This document shows, piece after piece, positions 8,948-19,468 of a stretch of 64,000 nucleotides of DNA. How positions within the stretch are numbered: position 1 is the first letter of the stretch; each line of letters begins with the position of its first letter. Made by a program: the position numbers and the translations under genes. Source of the stretch: Planctomycetota bacterium (GTDB lineage Bacteria; Planctomycetota; B15-G4; SIAN01); NCBI GenBank assembly GCA_031409275.1, contig JANNXA010000016.1, positions 96,001 to 160,000 on the forward strand, in the 5' to 3' direction. A model generated the notes under the pieces. It was not told where the DNA came from and searched no databases. It saw only the letters and a program-made list of their open reading frames with translations.

Positions 8948-11900
8948 TCATTGCGTTGGCGGCGCGACGTCGCGGATCACGGCACCGCGCTGCTCGTGCA
9001 GCACCAGCACGGCGTAACGCGTCGCGCCGGCATTGGGGTCGTCGGAAACGGAGGCGTAGTCGAAACGGCCGCGCAGGTCGGTGTAGCCATCCTTGTGGAA
9101 GCGGACCTCGCCACTGGGGAGCTTCGCGAAGACCTTCACGTAGGTCCTCGGCAGCGGCGTCTTCGTGCCCGGCTCGCTGACCGTGACCTGGCCGTAGGAC
9201 TCGAGGAAGCGCACATCGAGCGCGTTGGCGAAGTAGGTGCGCGAACGGACGATCCCGCCGCCCCGCACTTCGACGAGGACGTTCTGCTGGTGGAACTCCT
9301 TGGGCAGCTCGATCACGAGCTCCGGCTGCTCCTTGCGCAGCTCCACCGCATCGCGGCGCGTCGGCTGGACGAATGCGGCCGAGCCTCCGCCTTCCTCGGC
9401 GAAGGGCTGCGCCGAGAAGGCGAACTCGACGTCGATCACGTAGTAGCTGACCTCGCATCGCGCGAGGTTCTGGGAACGGAGCAGCAGGTTCTTGCCTTCG
9501 ACGGCAAGCTCGAGTGCCGGCGCCGTCGCCGCCAGCGCATCCGCCGTCGGCTCGCCGCTCACCACCGCCGTCTTGCCCTCCGCCTCGTCGAGCTGCCCCA
9601 GCACGTCGGCGAATCGGGCCTGCCAATGCGGGACCGGGAAGGCTCGGTAGCGCTCGGCGATGCCGCGCGCCTTGCTCGCGTCGCCGGTGAAGAAGCAGAG
9701 GTAGGCCGAGAGGTAGTCGTACTGGATCTTCTCGTGCACCTGCGCCGCATCGACCTTCGCGAACGCGGCGAGCGCCTCCTCGACGCGGTCCTGGAGCAGG
9801 AGGTAGCAGGTGACGGCCAACCACTCCTCGCTGTCGAGCTTCGGCTGGTAGCCGAGCAGCGTCGTCAGCGCGGCGTACTGGCGCGCGAGGTCGGCGTTGC
9901 CGATGACGCGCTGGCTGCCGAGCCGATGAGCCCGCGCGTACACCAGCGGATCGAGCTCGAGCTGCTGGTACCGGCGACGTTCGACGGGATCGAGCGAGAC
10001 GAGCGGCGACTCGATCGCCATGCCGCAGTTCTGCAGGAAGCCGTCCGCGTGACGCAGGTACTCGCGCGCGGCGACGGCATCGCGATGGAGGATGCTGTAG
10101 CTCCACAGCGTGTCGTCGTAGACGTGGCGTGCCCGCAACGAGACGAGCAGCGTCTGGAAGAACTCGCGATCCTTCATGCGCCACGCGAGCTTGCCGAGCT
10201 CGAGGTTCTGCACGTTGTGGCGGTCGAGGAAGCCGAGCACTTCCGCCGCGCTGCCCTGTTGTGACACGTGCTCCCACGAGGTGGTGTCGATCTTCGTGGC
10301 GGTCGGGACGACGTGGAGCGTGCGCGCGCTGGCGGCGGCCGCCAGCTTGCCCTTCTCCGAGGCGTGCGCTGGATAGTGGGCGAAGTCGCCGGAAGCGGGG
10401 AAATAGAAGGCGTACTCCAGCGACGCCGTCGCGTACGGCGCGAGCTCGACGGCGACACCTTTGGTCCAGAAGCCCTTCTGCAACGGGAGCGAGCCAGCGG
10501 GGATCTGCAGCAACACCTCGGTGGTGCGCTTGCTCGAGGTCGGATTGGTGACCACGACCTGGCAGCCGTACGCGACGTCGACCAGGAACTCGTCGGTCAC
10601 GAAGGCATCGCGGCGCTCGCCCCCCTCGAAGCGATAGCGATCATCGACGCGGAAGAAGTTCTCGCCGAGCAGCAGCGGTGCGACGTCCGCGGCGACTTCC
10701 GTCTTCTGCACCTCCTTGCGCACCAGCAACAGCGGCGTTGCGGCGCGCAGCGTGCGTCGGTCGCCATCGGCGACGACCTCGTGCGCACCCGCCTCGAAGG
10801 GCAGGTCGAGCAGCGAGAGCGCGAACATCATCTCGAGGAAGCTGCCACCGGTCTCGACGATCGCCGGTGAGACGAACGGCTGGCCCGCCGGCGCCATGGC
10901 GTAGTCGAGCCAGAATCGGTTGGGCGCCACGACGTCGCCGCCGCTCTCCTCGAGGCGACGATGCCAGTAGTGGTGCTCGGCGAAGAGCTTGGTCGGCTCG
11001 ACGGCGCGGTAGAGCCGGCGCACGAGGCCACGCTGATCGCTCTCGGCCGCGAGCGCCCTGCCTTCGAACTCCTTGTCCTGCACGACCTCTTCCAACTTCT
11101 CGAGGGTCTCGGGCTCACTCGACTTCTTCTCCTTGGCGTCGATCCGCGCGTCCTTCGCCGCCGCCGCGTCCGCCTTCGGGGCATCCTCCGATTCGAAGCG
11201 GTCCGCTGCCGACTCCGCGGGCATCGCCGCGGCGGGCGCGCCGGGCGGCGTCATTGGTGCCCTGAACTTCACGATGCCTGACTGCGGCTCCGCGAGCTCG
11301 TTGCTCTTCAATGCGAGATCGAACAGGCGATCGAGCCGTTCGCGATCGACGGGCCGCAGTTCGAGCTGCTCCTTCACGAGCCGAGCCACCGCGTCGCGCT
11401 CGCTGCCGCCGAGACGCTGCGCCAACAGCAGCCTCTCGACGAGGTTCAACTGGGCGAACGACCAGGTTTCGAGGTAGCCGCGCAGGTCATCGCCCAGCAG
11501 CCAGTGGTCGAGGAACGTCCACTCGCGCTTGTTGGCGAGGAACGGCTTCACCACCGCGCCGAAGAACTCGGGGTCCTTGCGTGACAGGAAGAAGTGGAGC
11601 TCGTGGCAGGCGTGCTGGCTGTAGAGCTCCTGCTTGCGAGCCGGCGTGAGCTTCGGCCACTCGAGCAGGAACGCGAACTCCGCCAGCGCCGCGTCCTGGC
11701 TGACCGTCGTCAGCAGCCGGTAGACGCTCGCGATCGAGTCGTAGATCTCGACCTCCGCGCTGCGCGCGTCGCCGAGCACGCTGGTCGCCCCGCCGGCAAC
11801 GAACTCGATGCGCTTCTGCTCGATGAAGTGCTGCGCACCATCGAGCGCCGTCGGCAGGTGGCGCGCGCGGGGAAGCAGCGGCTTCTCCGCGAGGACGAGC

Positions 11901-14900
11901 GAGTCGTAGATCGCCTCGTCACCGTCGATCGCGACGACGTGGACGATCTGGCCCTCGCCGAGTTCGGCGCGCGCGACATGCACGACGCCGTCGGGACCGG
12001 GAACGAGGTTGGTCAGCGTCGTCGAACCGCGCGGGAGGTAGTCGAGGTTCGCGAACGTGCCGGGATGCGGCGTCTGTCCAGGTCCGCCGCTGCTCGGTCC
12101 GCCCTCGCCCCTGCGCCGCATCCCCGCCGAACCGCCACGACGGCCGTACTTGCCGCCGCTGCCGCCGCCGGCGCCGATGGCGGCGTTCCACGAATCGTCG
12201 TCGATCGCCCACGGATTCAGCAGCAGGCTCGGCCGACGCAACATGTTGCCGGCGTACTTGGTCTGGAAGCGGCGCTCGAGCACGTAGCGGTACTCATCAC
12301 CGAGTTGGCGGCCGGCGTGGTAGCTGCTCTCGAGCAGCTCACCCTCCATCGCTTGCAATGGCGGCGACGCGACGCCGCCAAGTCGCTCGAACGGATCGAA
12401 CGGCGGCGTGAAACGAGTCACCGTGACGTGGGCGCGCGTGCCCGGCGTGATGTTCACGAGGCGAATCTGCAGCTCATCGCCCGCGACCTCGATCGCGCGC
12501 AGCTGCAGCGGCCGCGACTGGCTTGCCTGGAGCATGCGATCGGCGCCGAGCAGCCAGCCCCCATCGCGGTCGCCCTTCGTCACGCGGACGAGGATCGACT
12601 GCTCGCTCTCGTGGAGCAGCAGTCGATAGTCGCCAGGCGCCAGGTCGCGCAGCTCGAGGAACCCACCCGCGAGTGCAAGGTGGGAGAACTCGTCGCGCTC
12701 GTGGCCAAGCAGCGAGAACTCGCCGTGCGTCGGTGACGTGGCCTTGCCCTGATACGGGACGCGCAGCACCTCGCCGGCGCTGGCGTGGAGCACGGTTGGC
12801 AAACGGCTGCGCGCACCGATCAGCGCGAAGGTGCCCGCGAAGCCCGACGGCTGCTGCACGCTGACCGAGTCGATGCCGGGAAGCGCGCCGAGCGCGATGC
12901 GGCCGGTCGCGTCGCTCTGCAGCGCGACGTCGATCGAGTCGCGGAAGTCGCGATGACGCAGCGCCACCTGGCAGGTCTGGCCCGCCTGGCGCTCGCCATC
13001 CTTGCCGCGCATCTCCAGCACGTAGCCCTCGGTCGTGCGCAGCAGCAACACGCTGCCCGTCGCCGCCGTGAAGTCGATGCCGTTCACCGCGAAGAACTGC
13101 GGCGGCGCTGTCAGCGCGACCTCCTTGCCGGCGAGGTCGCGCACGGTGCCGCGCAGGCTCACCTGCAGCGAGGCAAGCCGCTCGGGCACCCGGATCTCGT
13201 GCACGAGTTCGCGGTCGTCCGCGAGCTTGAGGTCGCGCACTTCCTGCGGCGTCGACAGGCCGTCGAGGTCGGTGGCGACGATGGAGAGGATCGGGTCGGC
13301 GAGCAGCTTCAGCGCGACCGCGTGGTCCGACAGTCGAAGTTGCGGGCGCACGACGATGCGCGCCTTCTGGCCGGCGATCAACGCTTCGCGGTCGACGTAG
13401 ACGCCCGCGTGCAGCGCATAGCTCTCTTCGCGATGGTCGAACTGCGCCAGCGTCGAACGAATGCCCTGGTGCAGCACGATCGATTTGCTGCCGGGCGCCG
13501 TCGAGAACGGCAGCAGGATCTCGCCGTTCGCATCGGCTCCGTACTCGCGCCCGCCGAACCAGACGGCAGCGTCCTTCAGATGGCGCCCCGCCTCGTCGTA
13601 GATCCGGAACAGCTGACCGGCCGCCGCGGTGCGTTCGACGTAGCGCAGGCCGCCCTTGTGGATCACCGCGCGGCTGCTGATGCCATTGCCGACCAGCTCG
13701 ACGACGTAGGTGCCGGGATTGGCGAGCATCGGCAGCTCCAGCGTCCGTCGCACTCGGCGCAGAGGCAGGTCGCTGTAGGTCAGCGTCTGCTCGACGTTCG
13801 CGACGATGCCATCGAGCTCGATCGAGGCGTCGACCTCCTTCTGCTTCTCCACGTGGTAGCGGTAGCTGTCGATCGCGAAGACCTTCACCAGCAGCGTCGG
13901 CACGTTCTTGGTGTCGACCGCGAGCGAGACGGCGTCACCTGCCGCGTAACGCGTGCGCTGAGTAGGCGGGAACGCGATCTCGACACGCCGCTCGAGCTGC
14001 ACGAGCCGCTGCGGGTCGTTCAGCAGCGCCGCCCACCGCTCCATCGCACCCTGTCCGAGCAGGATCTTCGTTTCGGCGAGGACCCCCTTCAGCCAGTCGC
14101 TGTCGAGATAGTCGGCGTACGCCTCGTAGCCGTCTTCGCGCACGAAGAACTGCTCGAGGCAGGCGCGCACGAGCGCTTCGTCGTCGCCGATCGGCGGCAG
14201 CTCGGTCGGGTAGTCGCTGCTCGGATCGACGGACGGCTCGATGCGCGCGAGCCGCTGCACGTACTCCTTGTTCGGATGGCCGCTCTTGCGCGGAAGCCGG
14301 ATGTAGGCGAGGAAGCGCTCCTTGTCAGGCGCGCCCTGAGTCAGATCGTGCTGCAGCCAATGGAACAGCACGTGGGCCTTCAGCGAGTTGTGCGCCGGAG
14401 ACAGCCGCTGCGCGAACTCCCAGAGACGCGCCAGTTGGGTCGCGCGAGCGGTCGGGTCGGACTGCCAATCGGTGTCGGCGCCAGGCTGCAGCCGAACAAG
14501 GTAGGCCTGGACGAACTTCGGCTCGTTCTGGAGCTTGGGGCGCAGTCGCAGGCACTCCTCGAGTTGCTCGCGGCGGAGCTCCGAGTGGATCGGCAGCGAG
14601 CCGAAGCCGGAGCTCGAACGGTTCTCGAGGTCGCGAACGATCAGTGCGGGAAGGTTGGCGACGTCCGGCCTTCGCAGGCGCGCGAGCAGGCTGCGCAGCG
14701 CGTCGTCGCCGAGGTTCGTCGCGGCGAGCGCGGCCAACGCATGATCGGTGAAGCCATCGACGGTGCCCGAATAGCGTGCGAGCGCTTGCGCCGAGAGAGC
14801 GGTCACGGAGAGAGTCTGCGGATCGAGCGCGGTCGGCAGATCGGAGCGCTCCCCCGGCACCACGCGCTGGTGGTTCCACTGCAGCCCGAGGCGATCGCGC

Positions 14901-15238
14901 AGGAAGTCGTACGTGCGCGCGGCGTTCGCGGCGAAGCTCAGGAGCGCTTCGCGATTCTCGATCTCGATCACGCGCTGCGAGCGGCCGTAGCGCTGGATCC
15001 AGGTCGGCAGGATCTTGCGCACGCTGTCGAAGTCGCCGGCGTCGAGGCGCTCGCGACAGCTGTAGTAGTAGGACTCCTCGCTGCCGGGGATCAGCGTTGC
15101 GACGACCTTGGCGCGATCGGGCGCGAGCGCGTAGGTCTCGTCGAAACCGACCGGGGTCCCTTGCGCCGCAGCGGTGGCAGGGAGCGCCGCGAGGAGGCAA
15201 AGCGCGAGGCGACGATCGAGGCTCATCGAGAGACGCAT
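8948..15238 (-). CDS. Very large (~2100 aa) secreted protein of unknown function, possibly alpha-2-macroglobulin-like
   Basis: Long ORF with genome-typical codon bias; GGAG SD before ATG 15238; signal peptide ending AAAQ; C-terminal YVKVFAK...FHKDGYTDLRGRFDYAS. Confidence 0.8.
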   Translation of the reverse strand: MRLSMSLDRRLALCLLAALPATAAAQGTPVGFDETYALAPDRAKVVATLIPGSEESYYYSCRERLDAGDFDSVRKILPTWIQRYGRSQRVIEIENREALLSFAANAARTYDFLRDRLGLQWNHQRVVPGERSDLPTALDPQTLSVTALSAQALARYSGTVDGFTDHALAALAATNLGDDALRSLLARLRRPDVANLPALIVRDLENRSSSGFGSLPIHSELRREQLEECLRLRPKLQNEPKFVQAYLVRLQPGADTDWQSDPTARATQLARLWEFAQRLSPAHNSLKAHVLFHWLQHDLTQGAPDKERFLAYIRLPRKSGHPNKEYVQRLARIEPSVDPSSDYPTELPPIGDDEALVRACLEQFFVREDGYEAYADYLDSDWLKGVLAETKILLGQGAMERWAALLNDPQRLVQLERRVEIAFPPTQRTRYAAGDAVSLAVDTKNVPTLLVKVFAIDSYRYHVEKQKEVDASIELDGIVANVEQTLTYSDLPLRRVRRTLELPMLANPGTYVVELVGNGISSRAVIHKGGLRYVERTAAAGQLFRIYDEAGRHLKDAAVWFGGREYGADANGEILLPFSTAPGSKSIVLHQGIRSTLAQFDHREESYALHAGVYVDREALIAGQKARIVVRPQLRLSDHAVALKLLADPILSIVATDLDGLSTPQEVRDLKLADDRELVHEIRVPERLASLQVSLRGTVRDLAGKEVALTAPPQFFAVNGIDFTAATGSVLLLRTTEGYVLEMRGKDGERQAGQTCQVALRHRDFRDSIDVALQSDATGRIALGALPGIDSVSVQQPSGFAGTFALIGARSRLPTVLHASAGEVLRVPYQGKATSPTHGEFSLLGHERDEFSHLALAGGFLELRDLAPGDYRLLLHESEQSILVRVTKGDRDGGWLLGADRMLQASQSRPLQLRAIEVAGDELQIRLVNITPGTRAHVTVTRFTPPFDPFERLGGVASPPLQAMEGELLESSYHAGRQLGDEYRYVLERRFQTKYAGNMLRRPSLLLNPWAIDDDSWNAAIGAGGGSGGKYGRRGGSAGMRRRGEGGPSSGGPGQTPHPGTFANLDYLPRGSTTLTNLVPGPDGVVHVARAELGEGQIVHVVAIDGDEAIYDSLVLAEKPLLPRARHLPTALDGAQHFIEQKRIEFVAGGATSVLGDARSAEVEIYDSIASVYRLLTTVSQDAALAEFAFLLEWPKLTPARKQELYSQHACHELHFFLSRKDPEFFGAVVKPFLANKREWTFLDHWLLGDDLRGYLETWSFAQLNLVERLLLAQRLGGSERDAVARLVKEQLELRPVDRERLDRLFDLALKSNELAEPQSGIVKFRAPMTPPGAPAAAMPAESAADRFESEDAPKADAAAAKDARIDAKEKKSSEPETLEKLEEVVQDKEFEGRALAAESDQRGLVRRLYRAVEPTKLFAEHHYWHRRLEESGGDVVAPNRFWLDYAMAPAGQPFVSPAIVETGGSFLEMMFALSLLDLPFEAGAHEVVADGDRRTLRAATPLLLVRKEVQKTEVAADVAPLLLGENFFRVDDRYRFEGGERRDAFVTDEFLVDVAYGCQVVVTNPTSSKRTTEVLLQIPAGSLPLQKGFWTKGVAVELAPYATASLEYAFYFPASGDFAHYPAHASEKGKLAAAASARTLHVVPTATKIDTTSWEHVSQQGSAAEVLGFLDRHNVQNLELGKLAWRMKDREFFQTLLVSLRARHVYDDTLWSYSILHRDAVAAREYLRHADGFLQNCGMAIESPLVSLDPVERRRYQQLELDPLVYARAHRLGSQRVIGNADLARQYAALTTLLGYQPKLDSEEWLAVTCYLLLQDRVEEALAAFAKVDAAQVHEKIQYDYLSAYLCFFTGDASKARGIAERYRAFPVPHWQARFADVLGQLDEAEGKTAVVSGEPTADALAATAPALELAVEGKNLLLRSQNLARCEVSYYVIDVEFAFSAQPFAEEGGGSAAFVQPTRRDAVELRKEQPELVIELPKEFHQQNVLVEVRGGGIVRSRTYFANALDVRFLESYGQVTVSEPGTKTPLPRTYVKVFAKLPSGEVRFHKDGYTDLRGRFDYASVSDDPNAGATRYAVLVLHEQRGAVIRDVAPPTQ

Positions 15239-15570
15239 GACAGCTCCAGCACGTGGGCGGTGCGACATCGTGGCAACGGCGCGGACCGAGGTCGGCTCAT
15301 TCGATTCTGCCGTCGAGCGCGAGAATCCTTCGGAGCGCGTTGCGCCGAGCCGCGCCGACTTCCCGAACCGGTGGTTCGACCTGCGGGCCGCTCGCCAGTT
15401 CCCACCGCTCGCGTCGCCGCGAGTCCCGCCCGCGGATTTCGAGTCGGGACGAGGAGCCGGTTCGAAGCCAACTCCCCGGTGATTGGTCGAGAGCCGCGGA
15501 CGAAGCACCGGCTCGAAAGACGCCGCCGGGCGACGCGGAGAGTTCGCCGACGGGCGCTAGCCTCAGCGCG

Positions 15571-16737
15571 ATGATCCTCCGCCAATTCCCGCCAATGGGC
15601 GTCTACGAGACGCTGTTCCGCTTCGCCGAGGTCACCCACAAGTACATGGGCGACCCGGGAACTCACCCGTGGGCGCAGGGCTTCCCGCTGACGACGCCCG
15701 TTCCTGGCGGCCCGTCGCTGCCCGACTCGATCGCAATCAGCGCGACCGACCGCATGTATCCGAAGGCCGACGGCCAGCCGCCGTTGCGCGAGGCGATCGC
15801 CGACTACTACCGGAACTTCTACGGCGCGAAGATCACGGCCGACCACGTGGCTCTCTTCGCCGGCGGCCGGCCGGGGCTCTTCGCGACGCTCGCCTTCCTG
15901 CTCGAAGATTGGAAGGTCGCCGTCGAGGAGACGGAGTACACGCCCTACTTCGATCTGCTGCAGTTGCTGCGACGTCCTCACACGCTGATCGCGAGCAACG
16001 CGCAGAACCGCTTCCGGCCGACGCTGGCCGACCATCCGACCGGGGATCGAGTGGTGCTCCTCAAGAGCAACCCGTGCAACCCCAGCGGCGTCACCACCGC
16101 GGGCGCCGAGCTGCAGAAGCTGGTTGCCGCCTACAGCACTCCCGAACGCGGCGCGATCTTCGACGAGGCGTACGAGTTCTTCTGCGATCCCGAGCCGGTC
16201 AGCGCGCTGCGCTACGTCGACGACATCGACCGCACCAATCTTTTCATCTGCGGCGCCGCGACGAAGGGGTTGCAGGCACCTGGGATGCGCGTCGGTTGGA
16301 TCGTCGCCGCCAAACGGCACATCGAAGTGTTCCGGAACTACAGCTCGCTCGGCATGGGTGGAGTGTCGCGTCCATCGCAGCTCTACGTGACGGAACTGCT
16401 GCAGCGGGAGCGCGTCGCGAAGGCGCGCACGGCGATCGCGAGCTTCTACACCAGCCAGCGTCATCGCTACGCGGAAGGGCTGCGGCGACTCGGCTTCGAG
16501 TTGTTCACGGGAACCGGCGGCTTCTACCACTGGGCGCGACTGCCCAAGGGGATGACCGGCGACGCCTTCAACGAACGCCTGATGCGCCACGACGCCGCGA
16601 TCCTGCCGGGCCGGCTCTGTGACATGGCGCGGCGCGGCGACCGCGGCCCGCTCGGCGACATGATGCGATTCTCGTTCGGGCCGCTGTCGGCGAGTTCGTG
16701 CGAGCAGGACCTCGAGATCTTCGCGCGCTGCGTCTGA
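15571..16737 (+). CDS. PLP-dependent aminotransferase, class I/II
   Basis: SNPCNPSG, IFDEAY, ATKGLQAPGMRVGW (PLP lysine), GGFYHW, MRFSF. Confidence 0.9.
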   Translation: MILRQFPPMGVYETLFRFAEVTHKYMGDPGTHPWAQGFPLTTPVPGGPSLPDSIAISATDRMYPKADGQPPLREAIADYYRNFYGAKITADHVALFAGGRPGLFATLAFLLEDWKVAVEETEYTPYFDLLQLLRRPHTLIASNAQNRFRPTLADHPTGDRVVLLKSNPCNPSGVTTAGAELQKLVAAYSTPERGAIFDEAYEFFCDPEPVSALRYVDDIDRTNLFICGAATKGLQAPGMRVGWIVAAKRHIEVFRNYSSLGMGGVSRPSQLYVTELLQRERVAKARTAIASFYTSQRHRYAEGLRRLGFELFTGTGGFYHWARLPKGMTGDAFNERLMRHDAAILPGRLCDMARRGDRGPLGDMMRFSFGPLSASSCEQDLEIFARCV

Positions 16738-16743
16738 GCGCTC

Positions 16744-17841
16744 CTACTTCGAGGCGCCACCGCGCGGCACCCAGCACGGCGACGAGTCGGTCGCTGGATG
16801 ATGGGTCAGGTTCTCGATGACCCCTTCCTTGATCCGCAACGCGCCGATCTCGGCGTTGCCGCTTCGAGACGATGCGAAGAGCACTCGCGTCGAATCGGGA
16901 GAGAACCCGACGATCTTCGCTCCCTCGAGCTCCTTGCCCAGTTCCACCGCCGTCCCGAGCTTCACGTCGAGAAGCCGTGGCGACCGCGAGCTGAGGAGCA
17001 GTCCGGTTCCGTCGGGCGTCCATGCCACCAGGTCGCCCTCGATGTCCGCGACGACCCTTCGGTTGGATCCATCGGCGTCGACGAGCACGATGCGTGTCGG
17101 GGTCGGCACCGCAGCCGGGTCGGCGGAGACCTGATAGGCGATCTTCGTTCCATCGGGTGACCATCGCGCCGCGAACACCCCGACTTCCTCGCGCGTCACC
17201 GGTCCCGGGTCGGATCCATCCGCCTTCATGACGACGAGCGTCGAAGGCGCCGTGAAGACGGGGCTTCGCTTCGAGAGAAAGAGCAGCCGTTTGCCATCGG
17301 GCGACCAACTCGGATCGAGATGGAGCCCGTCGACGTCGGTGAGCCGCTTCTCATGCTCGCCCGTGCTGTCGATTCGGTAGATGGCGCTCGAGACCAGGCC
17401 ATCCTTGCCCGCGTTCCTTGCGTCCTCGCATGAGGAAAGGAAGACGATCGAGCGGCCATCCGGCGACCACCGCACGCTTCCCGCAGCGACCGGAGTCTTC
17501 GTCAAGAGCGCGAGGCCCGTCCCGTCGATCCCCACGACGTAGAGCAGGAAGTGCATGGAGAGGTCGAACCGCTCGAGGGTCGCCGTGTCCTCTTCGCGCA
17601 AGCCGACGAAAGCGACTCGCTTGCCGTCAGGAGAAACCGTCGGCGCGAAGCCGTACTCACCGCGAAACAGCGCGCGGGCGTCACCACCGAGGTCGTCCGT
17701 CACGAAGATTCCGCCGCCATCCCGATCGGACACGAAGACGACTGCGGCCTTGGCGTCGTCCTCGGGAAGTGCGCGATCCAGCCAGACGCCGGCCGCCAAC
17801 AGCCACGCCGCGCCGCCAATCAGAAGCGATCGAGAGTCCAC
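16744..17841 (-). CDS. TolB-like PD40 beta-propeller periplasmic protein
   Basis: Signal-like N-terminus; repeated (P)xWSPDGxxI(V/A)F motifs. Confidence 0.85.
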   Translation of the reverse strand: MDSRSLLIGGAAWLLAAGVWLDRALPEDDAKAAVVFVSDRDGGGIFVTDDLGGDARALFRGEYGFAPTVSPDGKRVAFVGLREEDTATLERFDLSMHFLLYVVGIDGTGLALLTKTPVAAGSVRWSPDGRSIVFLSSCEDARNAGKDGLVSSAIYRIDSTGEHEKRLTDVDGLHLDPSWSPDGKRLLFLSKRSPVFTAPSTLVVMKADGSDPGPVTREEVGVFAARWSPDGTKIAYQVSADPAAVPTPTRIVLVDADGSNRRVVADIEGDLVAWTPDGTGLLLSSRSPRLLDVKLGTAVELGKELEGAKIVGFSPDSTRVLFASSRSGNAEIGALRIKEGVIENLTHHPATDSSPCWVPRGGASK

Positions 17842-17887
17842 CGCGTTCTCCTTGCAAGCTGTCGAAACCTGCGGTCTCGAAGCTCGC

Positions 17888-19468
17888 CTACCGCTGCCGA
17901 GTCAGGCGCATGCCATCCACTAACAGCAGCACCTCGCCGCGGTTCGAGCGGAGTTCGGCCACCAGTGTCACCTCGTCGACGCCCTCGGCGACGACGAAGT
18001 CGTAGCTGATCGCACGCAGCGCATGGCTGCCGATCAGCCACTCGCCCTGCGGCTCGGCTCCCGAGATGCGCAGGCCGACGCCAGTGCCGGCGACGCCAGT
18101 GACCTTCACCTTGGCCTCGAAGCGGTAGCGGCCCGGTTCGAGGGTCACCGCACGGCGCCATGAAGCCTGGCATTCGCCATCGGCGACGATGCGCAGGTGC
18201 TTGTCGCCCAACCGATCGAGCCGCGCGTCGCCCTCGCGCTTCATCGCCCAACCCGACGTCAGGCGCGCCACCCCCGCTGCATCGAAGTGCAGCGGCTCGC
18301 TCACGTCCGCGAGAGCGTCGCCGACCGCGGCGATGCGCTGCGCGACGGTCTCCTTCAGCGCCTGCTGCTGCTCGCGCATCTCCTTCGCGAATCCGCTGCC
18401 GCGCCGAGGCAGGGCGGCCAGCACTTTCGCGCTCGCGGCCCCGACCTCGGCCGGCCAGTCGCGGCTCGTCAACACCTTCGAGTGCAGTTCCGCGGCCCGC
18501 TTCCGATAGAGCGCACGTCCTTCTGGACACGCGAGGAACGCCGTTCCGACGATGCTCTCGGGGCTGCGTGCCAGGTCGACTTCGACTTCGTTGAACGGTT
18601 GGTCCATGCCGTGCGGGATGAACGAGAGGAGCTTCGTCAGCGGGTCGTGATAGATGCGGTAGTTGTTGTGGAAGAAGTCGTATCCGTCGCCGATCCCGAG
18701 CAGCACTTCGAGCGAAAAGAAGGTGGCGAAGCGGTCGACGTCGAGGATCGCGCCGAGCTTCCGCCAGCGCTCCTCCGCATCGTCCTCGCGACACGCCTCG
18801 AGCAGCTGCTCGATCGCGCGGAAGTCCTTCTTGTCGCCGACGTCTTTGGTCAATCCCTGGTCGATGTCCATGCAGAAGCCGCTCTCGAACAGGTCGCCGG
18901 ACGGATCGGCGAAGAACGGCGCCAGCAGATCCTCCGTGTAGCTCTCGGTGAGCACGTAGAGCCCGAGTTCGCGGCCATCGAGCGAGACGTTCGCGTGCGT
19001 GCAACGCAGGGCGGGGATGCCGGCGGCACGCACCATGGCGCCGCACAGCTGCTGCCGGAGGAAGCTCGGGTCCTCGTTGGCGTTGTTGAGGTGCAGCTTC
19101 TTCAGGCCGTGGAAGCGCTCGCCGTTCCCGTACTTTCCGAAGCTCAAGGTGAAGCACGGCTTCTCGTCGACGGGCTGGAAGCTCCCCGAAGCGCCCTTCA
19201 GCTTCAAGGCCACGCCCTTCCACGTCCGGTCGCCGACCTTCATCGCGCCTTCGACGTAGGTGCGCGGGTCGCTGCGCAGCGATTCGAGTGCGTCGGGCGG
19301 CAACGCCAGCGCGATGGTCACGATCGGCCCGGCGAAAAACTCGTCTTGCGCCGCGCGCTCGGCGCGATCGTCCGCCCGGCTCACGATCGACAGGACGCCG
19401 ATCGTCAACGCGGCGAACCACCGGCGACCTGGAGGAGAGAGCGGCATCGTGGAAGACTCGATCACCAT
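17888..19468 (-). CDS. CotH kinase family protein (secreted)
   Basis: VALKLKGASGSF, KPCFTLSF, FHGLKKLHLNN, LGLYVLTE, DGY...NNYRIY, FIPHGMDQ. Start uncertain (19468 or 19447). Confidence 0.88.
   Translation of the reverse strand: MVIESSTMPLSPPGRRWFAALTIGVLSIVSRADDRAERAAQDEFFAGPIVTIALALPPDALESLRSDPRTYVEGAMKVGDRTWKGVALKLKGASGSFQPVDEKPCFTLSFGKYGNGERFHGLKKLHLNNANEDPSFLRQQLCGAMVRAAGIPALRCTHANVSLDGRELGLYVLTESYTEDLLAPFFADPSGDLFESGFCMDIDQGLTKDVGDKKDFRAIEQLLEACREDDAEERWRKLGAILDVDRFATFFSLEVLLGIGDGYDFFHNNYRIYHDPLTKLLSFIPHGMDQPFNEVEVDLARSPESIVGTAFLACPEGRALYRKRAAELHSKVLTSRDWPAEVGAASAKVLAALPRRGSGFAKEMREQQQALKETVAQRIAAVGDALADVSEPLHFDAAGVARLTSGWAMKREGDARLDRLGDKHLRIVADGECQASWRRAVTLEPGRYRFEAKVKVTGVAGTGVGLRISGAEPQGEWLIGSHALRAISYDFVVAEGVDEVTLVAELRSNRGEVLLLVDGMRLTRQR

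Noticed and set aside
6053..10264. 1403-aa plus-strand ORF
   Set aside because: Antisense shadow of the DUF1553 gene and the giant protein gene; Arg/Ala-rich with no motifs, as expected in high-GC DNA.
15240..15570. GC-rich intergenic region with several short stems, considered as ncRNA, tRNA or riboswitch
   Set aside because: No cloverleaf or recognisable riboswitch consensus; such stems are expected at this GC content. An Rfam/Infernal search would settle it.
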